This document shows, piece after piece, positions 18,076-28,075 of a stretch of 40,318 nt of DNA. The DNA lies in contig JAVZVY010000004.1 of assembly GCA_038878295.1 (NCBI GenBank), positions 1-40,318 of the forward strand. The letters run 5' to 3'. A model generated the notes under the pieces. It did no database searches. It was not told the DNA's origin and saw only the letters and a list, made by a program, of their open reading frames with translations. A program made the translations under genes and the position numbers. Within the stretch, counting starts at the first letter, position 1, and every line of letters begins with the position of its first letter. The stretch comes from Candidatus Micrarchaeaceae archaeon. Its GTDB lineage: Archaea > Micrarchaeota > Micrarchaeia > Micrarchaeales > CABMGC01.

Positions 18076-18381
18076 ATGTATGGTGCATGCATGGAAAGAG
18101 AGCAGAAGAATTCAAACTTCACATATATTCTGATCTATTTCTTTACGTGGCTCACTGGCATAATCTTCTTCTTCGTAAGCAAGGACGACAAGAGGAAGAA
18201 GCAGCATTCCATACAAGCCATAGTCCTTGAGGTAATCATGATAGTAATAGCCCTAATACCTTACATCGGGCTTCTTGATATACTAATCTGGCTGTATGGC
18301 TTGTACATAGGCTACAGGGCTTCAATAAACAGCGATGCCGCAATACCATGCATAACGGATTTTGCAAAGAAGTACGCCTGA
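18076..18381 (+). CDS. Small membrane protein (DUF4870-like)
   Basis: Three hydrophobic segments; LIYFFTWLTGIIF...KQHSIQA...IPCITDFA pattern. Confidence 0.7.
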   Translation: MYGACMEREQKNSNFTYILIYFFTWLTGIIFFFVSKDDKRKKQHSIQAIVLEVIMIVIALIPYIGLLDILIWLYGLYIGYRASINSDAAIPCITDFAKKYA

Positions 18382-18424
18382 AGCATTAGGTTATTATATT
18401 TATGCATGATGTTTAAGTAGAATT

Positions 18425-18544
18425 ATGGAGCTGAATGAGTTTTGGGAGATAGTAAATGAAGAAAACAAAAAGTTGCTATTGATGCGGCTTGTCGATTGGA
18501 TTAGAGATAAGAGCACAAATATCAAGGATGCGAAAAGAAAGTAG
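18425..18544 (+). CDS. Putative 39-aa small protein
   Basis: MELNEFWEIVNEENKKLLLMRLVDWIRDKSTNIKDAKRK. TATA-like TTATATTTATG at 18394-18404 lies about 25 nt upstream. Below the ORF-track length cutoff. Confidence 0.35.
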   Translation: MELNEFWEIVNEENKKLLLMRLVDWIRDKSTNIKDAKRK

Positions 18545-18607
18545 GCATTCATTAGCGCTTGGACAAGCGGCGGTTTTGAGCTTCAATTCTTTGAAGACAA
18601 AATACTA

Positions 18608-18679
18608 TGGGCCCGCGGAGAATCGAACTCCGGATCTTCTCTCTGTGAAAGAGACGTCTTGCCACTCGACTACGAGCCC
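18608..18679 (-). tRNA. tRNA-Val(CAC), no intron
   Basis: Minus strand: GGGCTCG TA GTC GAGTGGCAA GAC G TCTCT TT CAC AG AGAGA AGATC CGGAG TTCGATT CTCCG CGGGCCC A. Confidence 0.93.
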
Positions 18680-18737
18680 TCAGATAAATTAGCACGCAAA
18701 ATATTATATTTGTGCAGGTAGACAGTTTAGTGTTTCT

Positions 18738-19004
18738 GTGGAAAGCAAAACGTTTGCATTAGGTATTGGCCTGATACTACTAGGGATAGCTGCATCCATT
18801 GTCTGGCTTTTGCTGCAGGAAAGCGTAGTCTGCTCGTGCCCAATGATACCTGCCAATGCCACGCCGGTCCAGATACGCAGCATATGCCATTGCGGCACTG
18901 ACTTTCTGCTGCTTTACATTGGCTTCTTTGCAATCTTTGCCGGCTTCCTTGTGCTTTTGTTCAATGACAGGATAGACGCTGCGCACAAAAAAACAAAAAG
19001 GTAA
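18738..19004 (+). CDS. Small two-TM membrane protein with Cys-containing loop
   Basis: Two TMs flank a loop with CSCP...CHC; basic C-tail; ends 5 nt before carS. Confidence 0.6.
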   Translation: MESKTFALGIGLILLGIAASIVWLLLQESVVCSCPMIPANATPVQIRSICHCGTDFLLLYIGFFAIFAGFLVLLFNDRIDAAHKKTKR

Positions 19005-19009
19005 ACTTT

Positions 19010-19510
19010 ATGCAGAGCATCATATACTCGATTTTAATATATCCTATAATCTACATACTTCCAGCATATGTGGCAAATGGGGCGCCAGTGCTATTCGGAG
19101 GCGGCAGACCGATAGACGGCAACAAAAAACTCTTTGGCAAACCGATTTTCGGTAAGCACAAGACAATAAGAGGGCTTATAGCCGGACTGCTTACGGGCTT
19201 TGTTTTCGCTGCGATAGAGGGCCTTTTTCTGCCTTACATGCTTGCCATAGGCATATTTGAAAGTGTAGGCACGCATGTTGGCGATCTGCTTGGCAGCTTC
19301 GTGAAAAGACGTCTCGACATACAACCTGGAACTGGCGTGGCGATACTTGATCAGTACACGTTCCTCTTTTTTGCTGTGTTCCTGGCACTTCCATTTGGCC
19401 ATTTGCCAGACATTTACGGCTTGGTCTTCATCGTTGTGTTTACAGGCATACTGCACAAGCTTACAAACGTCGGCGCCTATCTTCTAAGGCTAAAGAAAGT
19501 GCCGTGGTGA
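19010..19510 (+). CDS. carS: CDP-archaeol synthase
   Basis: LPAYVANGAPVLFGGGRPID, GKHKTIRG, GDLLGSFVKRRL, LDQ and C-terminal LKKVPW motifs. Confidence 0.92.
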   Translation: MQSIIYSILIYPIIYILPAYVANGAPVLFGGGRPIDGNKKLFGKPIFGKHKTIRGLIAGLLTGFVFAAIEGLFLPYMLAIGIFESVGTHVGDLLGSFVKRRLDIQPGTGVAILDQYTFLFFAVFLALPFGHLPDIYGLVFIVVFTGILHKLTNVGAYLLRLKKVPW

Positions 19511-19542
19511 ATAGTGGAAGTTTCAATTCAAAGAAGCAAAAA

Positions 19543-19587
19543 GCGTTTAGAGGGTGGGGAAGATTTATTAGAATATGCTCTAAACGC
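19543..19587. repeat. 10-bp perfect inverted repeat between convergent genes
   Basis: GCGTTTAGAG (19543-19552) and CTCTAAACGC (19578-19587) with a 25-nt spacer. Confidence 0.5.
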
Positions 19588-19707
19588 CAAGCTAAATATT
19601 GGAAGAATAAGCTTATAAAGCTTTCTCGCCTATCGCGCCGTTTTTAAGCCTTATGCCACGGCGTCATTCGGCTTAGGTATTGATGCCATTTAGCTATTTG
19701 GAAAAGG

Positions 19708-21528
19708 CTAAGTGCTTGCGTTTGCTGTGCTGCTGTTTGCAAGACCCGTTATCTTGTAAAGGTAAAATGTAACATTCCATGAGTAGTTGTCAAGGCTAGC
19801 GCTCGCTATCGGGTACATGTTGTATGCATGCATAATCTGCTCGCATTGCTGTTCGTTATCCGCCACGCCAGCTTCGTTTATATAGCAGCTTATGCTGTAA
19901 TCGAAATACAAGCAGCCCTTTGACATATTCATAAGTTTTGTTTCGTATCTGCTTTGGTTGATCCAGGTTGTGTAGATGTTGCCCCTGCCGAGTATATACC
20001 ACAGCGGTGGCTTAAATGTCAAAACGAAACAGTTGCTAGGTATCTGTTGGTAATTCTGCATTATGAATCTCTCGTCGTAGCGCTCTGCGGCAAACGGATA
20101 TATATGATAAGGCGATATTGTAACTATCGTTGCAAACAGCCAAAAGGCTTCGCCGAATAAGATAACTAGCATCACCGCTATTACCGCGTAGTCTGTAGCT
20201 TCAATATGCGACTTTGGTTCGTTTGGCTTTCTAAGTTTAACTCTTGCAACGCCTACAAGATTAAAAATCGAGATAAACCCATATGCGGCCAATATTGCGA
20301 TTGCAGGAAATGCACTGGCGAAATATCTTACATCGTCACCGGCGCCGTAATTCACACCTCCAGCATAGTAAGAAGTGTAGAAAATAAACACTATCAGAAA
20401 CCACGAAACAAATATTGTCAGCTCCCTGTATTTTCTATTGCGGAGCAGGGCTATCGCGCCGATTATGGCAAATATCGTATAGGTCAATGGGAATTCATCG
20501 TAATAATATGAGTTAAAAGTCGCAACATAGACTTTGTCAAAAGCGCCGAACCAGAACTCTAGATTCTCCAACAAGTCGTTTTTCAGGTATGAAAGACTGA
20601 AATTTGGCTGGCCCGGAGGTGCACCGAAGGAGACTTGATTTGCGGCATATATGTAGAGTAGGTCTGGAGAAATTACGATTGCAGCAACAATGACTAGCAA
20701 TAGAAAGCTTTTGATCTCCTTCCTTGCATGTTCGCCTTCGAATTTATCCCTATCCAATAGCAGAACAAGTAGTAATATCGGGATTGCAAATATCATATCA
20801 ACTTTTATGCTTAGCATGTATGCGATTGCGAATGCTGATGCGATCCCAATCTTCATGCTTTTTCTTCGCATATACGCAGCGAGGAAAAAAACTGAAAGAA
20901 GGAGGAAAGTAACTGCTGGCGCATCCAGTATATTGCTTCTTGAGTAGCTCATGAATAAAGGTGTAAATGCCAATATGGCGCTTGACAAAACTGCAACTTT
21001 TTGATTCCTAAGAAGCAGAAACGCCGCATAGAATATGAAAACTATCGCAAGAACTGATAAAATAAGTTCCATATTGTATGCAGCAGCGAAATTTACACCG
21101 AATATGGAAGACGGGATAGCTAACAGAAACGACCAACCAAGTGGCTGATGTATGAATCCTGGTGTGCCTGGCACACACATGGTGGCGTTTGAAAAACTGC
21201 ATACTGCTGCTATGTGTTCTGTAAGCATCATCTTTGCTACGCTTACGTATATGTATTCATCGTTATAAAGCAGATGCGTAGGCTTTACAAAAGCAATTTC
21301 TAGAAAAATAAATATGATGATGATTAATATTAGGTATTTATAATATGGTTTGTTTATGCCACTTACAGCCTTTTTTATCTCTTTATAACTTAGCGCCGAC
21401 GCTACGATCAAACCTATAAATAATATAGCATAATAGTAGAAGTAAAAAGCCTGCATTGGCTGCTGTTGAAACGAAGTCAATATCTGCATGCTGATACTAA
21501 ATAGCACCTGCGCTGATATCAGTGCCAT
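19708..21528 (-). CDS. GT-C fold (ArnT/PMT-like) membrane glycosyltransferase
   Basis: KPTHLLYNDEYIY, FYTSYYAG..YG...RY, IPSNCFVLTF.P, CLYFDY motifs; colinear with 3409..5166. Confidence 0.78.
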   Translation of the reverse strand: MALISAQVLFSISMQILTSFQQQPMQAFYFYYYAILFIGLIVASALSYKEIKKAVSGINKPYYKYLILIIIIFIFLEIAFVKPTHLLYNDEYIYVSVAKMMLTEHIAAVCSFSNATMCVPGTPGFIHQPLGWSFLLAIPSSIFGVNFAAAYNMELILSVLAIVFIFYAAFLLLRNQKVAVLSSAILAFTPLFMSYSRSNILDAPAVTFLLLSVFFLAAYMRRKSMKIGIASAFAIAYMLSIKVDMIFAIPILLLVLLLDRDKFEGEHARKEIKSFLLLVIVAAIVISPDLLYIYAANQVSFGAPPGQPNFSLSYLKNDLLENLEFWFGAFDKVYVATFNSYYYDEFPLTYTIFAIIGAIALLRNRKYRELTIFVSWFLIVFIFYTSYYAGGVNYGAGDDVRYFASAFPAIAILAAYGFISIFNLVGVARVKLRKPNEPKSHIEATDYAVIAVMLVILFGEAFWLFATIVTISPYHIYPFAAERYDERFIMQNYQQIPSNCFVLTFKPPLWYILGRGNIYTTWINQSRYETKLMNMSKGCLYFDYSISCYINEAGVADNEQQCEQIMHAYNMYPIASASLDNYSWNVTFYLYKITGLANSSTANAST

Positions 21529-21532
21529 AAAA

Positions 21533-23440
21533 TCATTGCTTTTTCTTGGCTTTTGAACCTAAACCACGCTTTACCTTTACTGGCTTATATTGCAGTTTAA
21601 AGAAGAGGTATATATAGATAAGCACCACAGCTACTGAAGCTCCGTACAAAATTACTTTTTGACTTAAATGGTAAGGGGAGGTCTTTTGGGGGTTTATTTC
21701 GATTGTTGTAGTTGCTTTCGGAGTAGAATTTATGTTTGAATTGTAAAAGTTTATGTCAGACGAATTTGAATATGAGTATGGAATTGAAAAGCCCGGAAGA
21801 ATGGTCAATCCTTTGAAAGTGATTTGTGATGAGTCGATTACCGATGCCCCATATGATGAGCTATTCTGCGTAGGATGTATTGTGGTGTTATACACATTTA
21901 TTCCTGTTGAATTTAGGATCTCTATGCCATTTCCATAGATATTGCAATTTAATAAGGTAACATTATTTGAATGCTGTATTATGAATCCATAATGCGTATC
22001 TTCGATGGTTCCATTATCGCAGTTTATTGTGATGTGTTTTCCAGTTATGTATGCGCCTATATAGCATTGGGCTCCAGGAATCAGTAGAGGCGCGTAGGTA
22101 GATAAAGGAAGAAGCCTTCTTACCATTGCATATGAACCACTTTCGTTGATTGGATTAAACGGTTGCGTCTGGTTAAATAGGGTGCTGCAAAATGATAGGC
22201 CATAACCAAAAGATGGCGTAGTAGAATCTTGAATAAAATGTCCTTCTTTTGGTATATAACCTGGCGCCAGTATAATAGATGAATTCATTCCTATAGCCAG
22301 TTTTGAGGTATAATTCAAGTAGTATATATATGTGCCATTCACGTATTCGGAGTAATTTTTGGAAGGAAACGATAAGAGCTTAACTAGTGAAGTGCCGTTC
22401 ATAAGCGAGTTGTTAAGCGGGTTCATTATGAAGCCAATGGATGTTGAATATCTGTATATATATGCGCTGAAATTCCAATTAGCGTCTTCTGGTGGCACAG
22501 CTATAAACCATCTTATTGTCATTTTGTCTTTGCCATTATCTGGTATCGTATAAAAATTGAATTTTGGGTAGATTGGCGCTATGTAAACAGGCATCAGGGT
22601 CGTATCTTTTGTTATATTTAGAAAGTACATTACTAGTTGGTCATATGCAAAGAAAGAGTATTCTATCGCATATGGATTATAGTTTACCTTGCCTCTGCTT
22701 GTTAGAGTATAGCTAGGTAGCATAAACACTTTGCTACCGAATATGTTACCGTAGGGCCTTCGCGTTAAATTTTCATAGATTGCACTCTGATTTTGCCCGT
22801 AGACACCAAATTGCATGGTCTTGTTGAGACTCTCCACCAGATTTACAATGTAGTTGCTAAATGAAGGAACCATTTGCAATTGTGTATTGTTTATGGTTAT
22901 GGTATTGTTAAAAAGAGGGATTATGTAGCTAAATGCAGCAATTCTATTGCCGAATAATGCGGTTGAATTGCTTCCAAAAGGCTCAAATACGCTCACATTT
23001 AGAAAATAGCCTACGGTCACGCTTGAATTTTGACCATTGAATATAGGAATGAAATTTGCAGTAATTGGACTAACAATATCCGCATTTGAATTATTTCCAA
23101 GCATTATCTTCGTGTCATTGAAGGTGCAGTTAAACATAAAGTCCTTCGTGTTTGATCCTTTAAAGGTTATTTCTGAATTTGTATTAAATATGGTATTTCT
23201 GCAAAGGATTTTCGAGTTTGACACTCCCGATGCAATTGTTATATTAAATGCACTGCAGGTGCCATTGGTTAAAAAGTATGAAGCATTTGACTTTAGTATC
23301 GACAAATTGCATGATGAATGAGCATTGATCGCTGGTTCGCTTGCGTTTGAAATTATGGACAAAAACAGCATGGTAAATGCCAAGTATAATATATAAGCAG
23401 GGATACCAGAAAATTTAGATGCTCCATCCATTTCGCGCAC
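21533..23440 (-). CDS. Secreted, C-terminally anchored surface glycoprotein with parallel beta-helix (NosD/PbH1-like) repeats
   Basis: N-terminal hydrophobic segment; many sequons; ITINCDNGTI..GFIIQHSNNVTLLNCNI..GIEILNSTGINVYN repeats; C-terminal TM plus basic tail. Start may be ATG 23431. Confidence 0.7.
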   Translation of the reverse strand: MREMDGASKFSGIPAYILYLAFTMLFLSIISNASEPAINAHSSCNLSILKSNASYFLTNGTCSAFNITIASGVSNSKILCRNTIFNTNSEITFKGSNTKDFMFNCTFNDTKIMLGNNSNADIVSPITANFIPIFNGQNSSVTVGYFLNVSVFEPFGSNSTALFGNRIAAFSYIIPLFNNTITINNTQLQMVPSFSNYIVNLVESLNKTMQFGVYGQNQSAIYENLTRRPYGNIFGSKVFMLPSYTLTSRGKVNYNPYAIEYSFFAYDQLVMYFLNITKDTTLMPVYIAPIYPKFNFYTIPDNGKDKMTIRWFIAVPPEDANWNFSAYIYRYSTSIGFIMNPLNNSLMNGTSLVKLLSFPSKNYSEYVNGTYIYYLNYTSKLAIGMNSSIILAPGYIPKEGHFIQDSTTPSFGYGLSFCSTLFNQTQPFNPINESGSYAMVRRLLPLSTYAPLLIPGAQCYIGAYITGKHITINCDNGTIEDTHYGFIIQHSNNVTLLNCNIYGNGIEILNSTGINVYNTTIHPTQNSSSYGASVIDSSQITFKGLTILPGFSIPYSYSNSSDINFYNSNINSTPKATTTIEINPQKTSPYHLSQKVILYGASVAVVLIYIYLFFKLQYKPVKVKRGLGSKAKKKQ

Positions 23441-23536
23441 CGTTTCAGTAATAAAAAATCTCCGAATAATCTAAGCAGTTAAGCTCGCGATGTTTCACGA
23501 TTTTATTTGCTGGTAAATATTTATATATTTTTGGCA

Positions 23537-24268
23537 TTATGTATGGAGCATATTTTGCAAGCTTTTTGTTTTGCGTTTGTGTAGACTTCCTAATTTTAAC
23601 CTTAGGCCTAATATTTTCCTAATGAAATAGAATATATTAGTTGGCCTTACTCTTGTTATTCTGGATTCATGATATTTCACAGGCAATTCATATATAGGTA
23701 TACCATTCTTCTGAGCTTTTATTAGTAACTCAGAGTCGAAAAACCAACCATCACTCTCTATACTTCTGCAAAAGTTCTTCAAGCTAGAATCGAAAAACTT
23801 AAAGCCGCATTGATGATCTGAAATTTTCGAATTAAAAACAAGCTTCAGCATTATGTTGTATACTTTACTTGCTATGAGTCTGGAGACTGTTCTGTCAGCC
23901 TTTATATTTTTGTATCTTGAGCCTATTACTATTTTATTGCCTTCTTCTACAAGCTTTACTGCTTTCTTCAGGTATTTTATGTCTACTGAAAGATCCGCAT
24001 CCATATATCCGATTATGCTAGCATCTGTAAATCGCATCGCATTCTTTAGCGCCCTGCCCCTGCCAAGCCTTTTTTCTGACATTATGTATTTTATATTGTG
24101 CGTTAATGAAAATCTTTTAATGAATTCCTTCGAACCATCTGTAGAACCGTCTTCAGCAATTATTGCTTCGCCTCTGAGTTTTTTAACTTCTTTATATGCA
24201 CGCGGCAGGTTCTTAGGAAGACTATCCATTTCATTATATACAGGTATTATGAGGCAGAATCTTTTCAT
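23537..24268 (-). CDS. GT2 dolichyl-phosphate glycosyltransferase (DPG synthase/AglJ-like)
   Basis: IIPVYNE, AEDGSTDGS, GRGRALK, YMDADLS, IGSRY, SDHQCGFK, GWFFDSELL motifs. Confidence 0.9.
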   Translation of the reverse strand: MKRFCLIIPVYNEMDSLPKNLPRAYKEVKKLRGEAIIAEDGSTDGSKEFIKRFSLTHNIKYIMSEKRLGRGRALKNAMRFTDASIIGYMDADLSVDIKYLKKAVKLVEEGNKIVIGSRYKNIKADRTVSRLIASKVYNIMLKLVFNSKISDHQCGFKFFDSSLKNFCRSIESDGWFFDSELLIKAQKNGIPIYELPVKYHESRITRVRPTNIFYFIRKILGLRLKLGSLHKRKTKSLQNMLHT

Positions 24269-24351
24269 AAACTCATCAAAATATTTGCTGTCTATTCGTG
24301 AGTTAGTGCTTCATGATTTACCGCACTGAATTCTAATGGTAATAATTAATT

Positions 24352-25911
24352 TTATCTATTGACTTTGTAGAGTTTGATATAATTTTTACTATATTGAGGC
24401 AGTAAGCGATTTTCTGGGAAGTATACTTCTGTCCATGAAGGGCATACCATTGAACTATTCGGGAGGCCAGACATTGTAATTACATAGTCATAATTTTTAG
24501 TAACACTGCAATTCGGTACTTGCAAATTGTAATAAATAAACCTGCTTATATTATTGAATAGCATAAATTCTTCTATATCTGGAATTTGAAGCGGCATATA
24601 TATAGTAGTTGTATTTGGCATGGTATTTAAATAGTTGGCTAGATCAAAGATTGGAAGCATTTGATTGAGGTAACCATAATATGCAGTAATGTCAAGATAC
24701 AAAGATGAATAAACTATGAATACTATTACCGCAGAAATTATAGAAATCGTTGGAACTAGATGTTTTTTGCCATATGATTCATATATATTTACGAGGAATG
24801 CAGCGATAGTTATCGCAACTGGCGGAGCTATTATTGGAAGATACTGCCAACCGCGAGGTATCATGGAATAGCTAAAAGGGGCCATGCCAATTTTCATTGG
24901 GCCGACCCATAAGTACAAGAGTGTAAAAAGAGCCCAGAAAATCGCGGTGTATGATTTTTTTACTCTTTTTATTAGGAGATATGGTATGGCGATATAGAAC
25001 ACATAAAATATATAGCCAATATTTATGCCAGACAAGGCATCGAAAAAAGGAGGCAGAAGTATGGCGTAATATGGTGTTATTACCGAGAAATGTGTATAAC
25101 TTGGCACGGTTATATACTCAATGTTTATTTGGAATATTATGAATGGATTGTTAGACGCCAAGAAGCCATATAAAAGGATTAAGGCTATACCGAAAATAGC
25201 TCCACTTAATATGTGTACACTCTTTAGAGACACGCGCTTCTCTTTCTTATGCCTTTGATAGAACGCCAATATAATTACATACACAAGAATAGTAACAGCT
25301 ATGATAATTCCGAGTAATGAAGCAAGAAACGCGGCAATTATAGATAGGCCAGAGACGAAATACCATTTAGAGCTATTTTTAAGGTACCCTTTCATTGCAC
25401 CATAAAAAGCGAGTGTAGTAAATAGTGCCATTGGAATTGTTTCTTTGCTTGTTCCAGATAGGTATACCATTAAAGGGAAGACTGACAGTATAAGAGCGGC
25501 AATTACACCCACATATTCATTGTATATATCTCTACCAGAGTAAAATGTTATTATAATTATAAGCGATGATGCAATAATATCCCACATTGCACTTGAAAGA
25601 AAATTTATGCCGAATAATAGATAAAATATAGACATTGGCAGAACTTGCATGATTCTTGCTGTATAATAGTAGTTAGTTGTGGGATAAAAAGTTCCATGAA
25701 CTACATCGTATGCTAACATTTCATATGCAGTGTCATCGTCAAAAAATGATGGCGCCATCGGATGCGTGGATAGATATGTTATAAAATAGATAAGTATCAA
25801 AACAAGTGCAATGTATGCAATTTTGGCACTCTTTTTTTCACTATTCCTGTCAATGCCTTTGATTGAATTGTGCGTATGTTGACTTTCAATACGCGGTTTG
25901 TCTTTCATCAT
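24352..25911 (-). CDS. GT-C fold (GT39/ArnT-like) membrane glycosyltransferase
   Basis: APSFFDDDTAY first loop; multi-TM; paralog of 34429..35973. Confidence 0.78.
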   Translation of the reverse strand: MMKDKPRIESQHTHNSIKGIDRNSEKKSAKIAYIALVLILIYFITYLSTHPMAPSFFDDDTAYEMLAYDVVHGTFYPTTNYYYTARIMQVLPMSIFYLLFGINFLSSAMWDIIASSLIIIITFYSGRDIYNEYVGVIAALILSVFPLMVYLSGTSKETIPMALFTTLAFYGAMKGYLKNSSKWYFVSGLSIIAAFLASLLGIIIAVTILVYVIILAFYQRHKKEKRVSLKSVHILSGAIFGIALILLYGFLASNNPFIIFQINIEYITVPSYTHFSVITPYYAILLPPFFDALSGINIGYIFYVFYIAIPYLLIKRVKKSYTAIFWALFTLLYLWVGPMKIGMAPFSYSMIPRGWQYLPIIAPPVAITIAAFLVNIYESYGKKHLVPTISIISAVIVFIVYSSLYLDITAYYGYLNQMLPIFDLANYLNTMPNTTTIYMPLQIPDIEEFMLFNNISRFIYYNLQVPNCSVTKNYDYVITMSGLPNSSMVCPSWTEVYFPENRLLPQYSKNYIKLYKVNR

Positions 25912-26299
25912 GTCACAAAAATAAGTTATCTAATAAAAATTTAAAATATGGAGTAGCACGATAGAAACAAATAATATTTTTGATAGGGATGGCAAGTTAT
26001 AGAATTTTTGAGTTTTGCACGCGCTCTATGTGACTTGTGGAATAAACTGCTTAATATAAACCACATGCATAATCTTCTCAATGTCAAAAAAATTGTAAAT
26101 AGATGTAGCTAGTATCTGAGCTCATACTTGCTGAGTTGTTAATTCAATTTTCGTTTATCGCAAAGCGGTGTCACTATTCACGTTTATGGCACTGTAATTA
26201 AAACAGCATCATATGAAAAGTAGTGTTATAGTCCGAAATATACTAAAATTTCATAATGGCCTATAAAGCAAAAAGCAATGAGAAAACTTGCAACTGTTT

Positions 26300-27727
26300 T
26301 TAGCTCGCACTTACATTGCTATGAAGTAGCGCACTTAGAGGTATGCTTTTTATAATTCCATTCAAGCCACCTATTATTGCATAATTTTTAGTGATTACAA
26401 ACTCATTCTCTAGATGAGGCATGTTGATGTTAGTTTCGTTTATTATGTGTCCTGTCGTCGCATTAACGACAAACATTACCCCATTGTCATTTGCTATAAT
26501 AAGGGTACCATTGTATACGTTGGGATTGCTCTCGCACTGCCCCGTGTTTATGGCCCATAGTGGCCTTCCAGTGGTTATGTTTATTGCGAACAACCAGCCG
26601 AGGAAATTGGAATCAGCGAAGGCTATGCCATTCCATATTGTTATTGGCGAAATTGAATTTTCGGTGAAATTTATGTTCGTTCCATGGATCGTCTGAGGCT
26701 GGTTTGGCACCGCAGTTTCATTTAATACTTGGTTCTCATTTACCTCCCATAATATCTTGCCTGTTGTGCTATTGAGGCCGACAATAACAGGATTGCCATA
26801 AACGCTCTCAAATAGATAACCAGTAACTACAACCCCATTCCAGTAGGCTGGGGTTACATCATTTATGCCGCCACCTGCGTGCGTAAAGTTGGCAGTCCAA
26901 ATTATTTTATTCGTAGTAAGGTTTACAGCAAAAAAATGAAAATTCTGCGGAATAGACGTTCCGTTTGAAAAGTTTGCGGCGCCACCGCCAAAGTATGCTG
27001 TGCCATTCACCACAAGCGGTGATGATAAAGTAGTTGGCACATTTGTCGGTATTATCGTGATATACATTCCGGTCGTAGCATTAAGAACTATCGCTCCGCC
27101 ACCTCCCATTGAAGGTTCTATGATTTCTCCGTTGAAATATGCAGGTGTTGCTATCTGCGTAAAAGAGGTATTGTACTGCCAAACAAGTTTACCGTTAGAC
27201 ATATTTAGGGCAATTATGCTATAGGCATAGTTCCAATATTTTACTGGAGCTTCCAGATTGTTGCCAATTGCAACTATAAGTAAATTCCCTATAGTAAGTG
27301 GCTGTGTCATTATCTGATCAGGAAAATTGTGTCGCCACAATATTCTACCTGTATTTAAATCGATTGCAATGACAGAGCCGTTGGTTAGATCGTATCTTTG
27401 CGAATCAAGATATTTAAAGAGCCCAAACGTTGTAACAAAAAGCTTGCCATCATATATTGTTGGTGTAGCAAAAATAGCCTCGCTCACGTTTATATTTATT
27501 GGGTTTATAGAGATATTTACATAGTAGGTATGATGAATGTTGCCATCTAATTGATATACGGCTTGTTCAGCTACTGATAATGGAATGCTTTGGGCGGTTG
27601 ATGTTTGTATGTTGTTACTAGTTAGTTTATTTATAGACAAAAAAATAATCAGGAGAAAGATTGCCAGAATAACTGCAGCAAGTATTATATGACCTTCGGT
27701 AAACGTATTCTTATTTTGCGAAGTCAT
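26300..27727 (-). CDS. Membrane-anchored PQQ-like (BamB-type) beta-propeller protein, copy 1
   Basis: N-terminal TM; repeated A.D..TG..LW blades (AIDLNTGRILW, GLNSTTGKILW, AINITTGRPLW). Confidence 0.85.
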   Translation of the reverse strand: MTSQNKNTFTEGHIILAAVILAIFLLIIFLSINKLTSNNIQTSTAQSIPLSVAEQAVYQLDGNIHHTYYVNISINPININVSEAIFATPTIYDGKLFVTTFGLFKYLDSQRYDLTNGSVIAIDLNTGRILWRHNFPDQIMTQPLTIGNLLIVAIGNNLEAPVKYWNYAYSIIALNMSNGKLVWQYNTSFTQIATPAYFNGEIIEPSMGGGGAIVLNATTGMYITIIPTNVPTTLSSPLVVNGTAYFGGGAANFSNGTSIPQNFHFFAVNLTTNKIIWTANFTHAGGGINDVTPAYWNGVVVTGYLFESVYGNPVIVGLNSTTGKILWEVNENQVLNETAVPNQPQTIHGTNINFTENSISPITIWNGIAFADSNFLGWLFAINITTGRPLWAINTGQCESNPNVYNGTLIIANDNGVMFVVNATTGHIINETNINMPHLENEFVITKNYAIIGGLNGIIKSIPLSALLHSNVSAS

Positions 27728-27799
27728 TACCGCACCATATTGAATTTTTATATATGAACTTAGAAACTACAACTTCTATTACTATAAACTTTATCCAAA

Positions 27800-27848
27800 A
27801 TGTTATGTATTATGTTATGTATTGCATTGAATTTTTCCATTGAATTTT
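27800..27848. repeat. Two adjacent short tandem repeat pairs in a divergent intergenic region
   Basis: ATGTTATGTATT x2 (27800-27823), then CATTGAATTTT x2 with a 13-nt period (27825, 27838). Confidence 0.6.
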
Positions 27849-28075
27849 CTATAGTAACGATAGGACGTATGCAGATAGCACTAAAATCTACAGTTCCATG
27901 AATCAGTTTCTGAAGATAAACTTTCTTCGATTCAGCTATACAGTTGCTGCCTGGCCGTGCACTTGAATAGTTATTTAATGCTTTGGTGACACCCAGTCTT
28001 GTTCTGGCATGACATCTATCGAATACGAGTTTGTTAAGGCAACATATAAAAATATTGCATTATCAAGATAGGTTT

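Noticed and set aside
18608..18679. tRNA-Val as the integration site of the downstream island
   Set aside because: No integrase or duplicated tRNA 3' end was found in the window, and the housekeeping gene carS lies between the tRNA and the island.
25912..26299. Long AT-rich intergenic gap, possibly an ncRNA or gene remnant
   Set aside because: No recognisable ORF or RNA structure apart from a short imperfect palindrome near 26111-26128.
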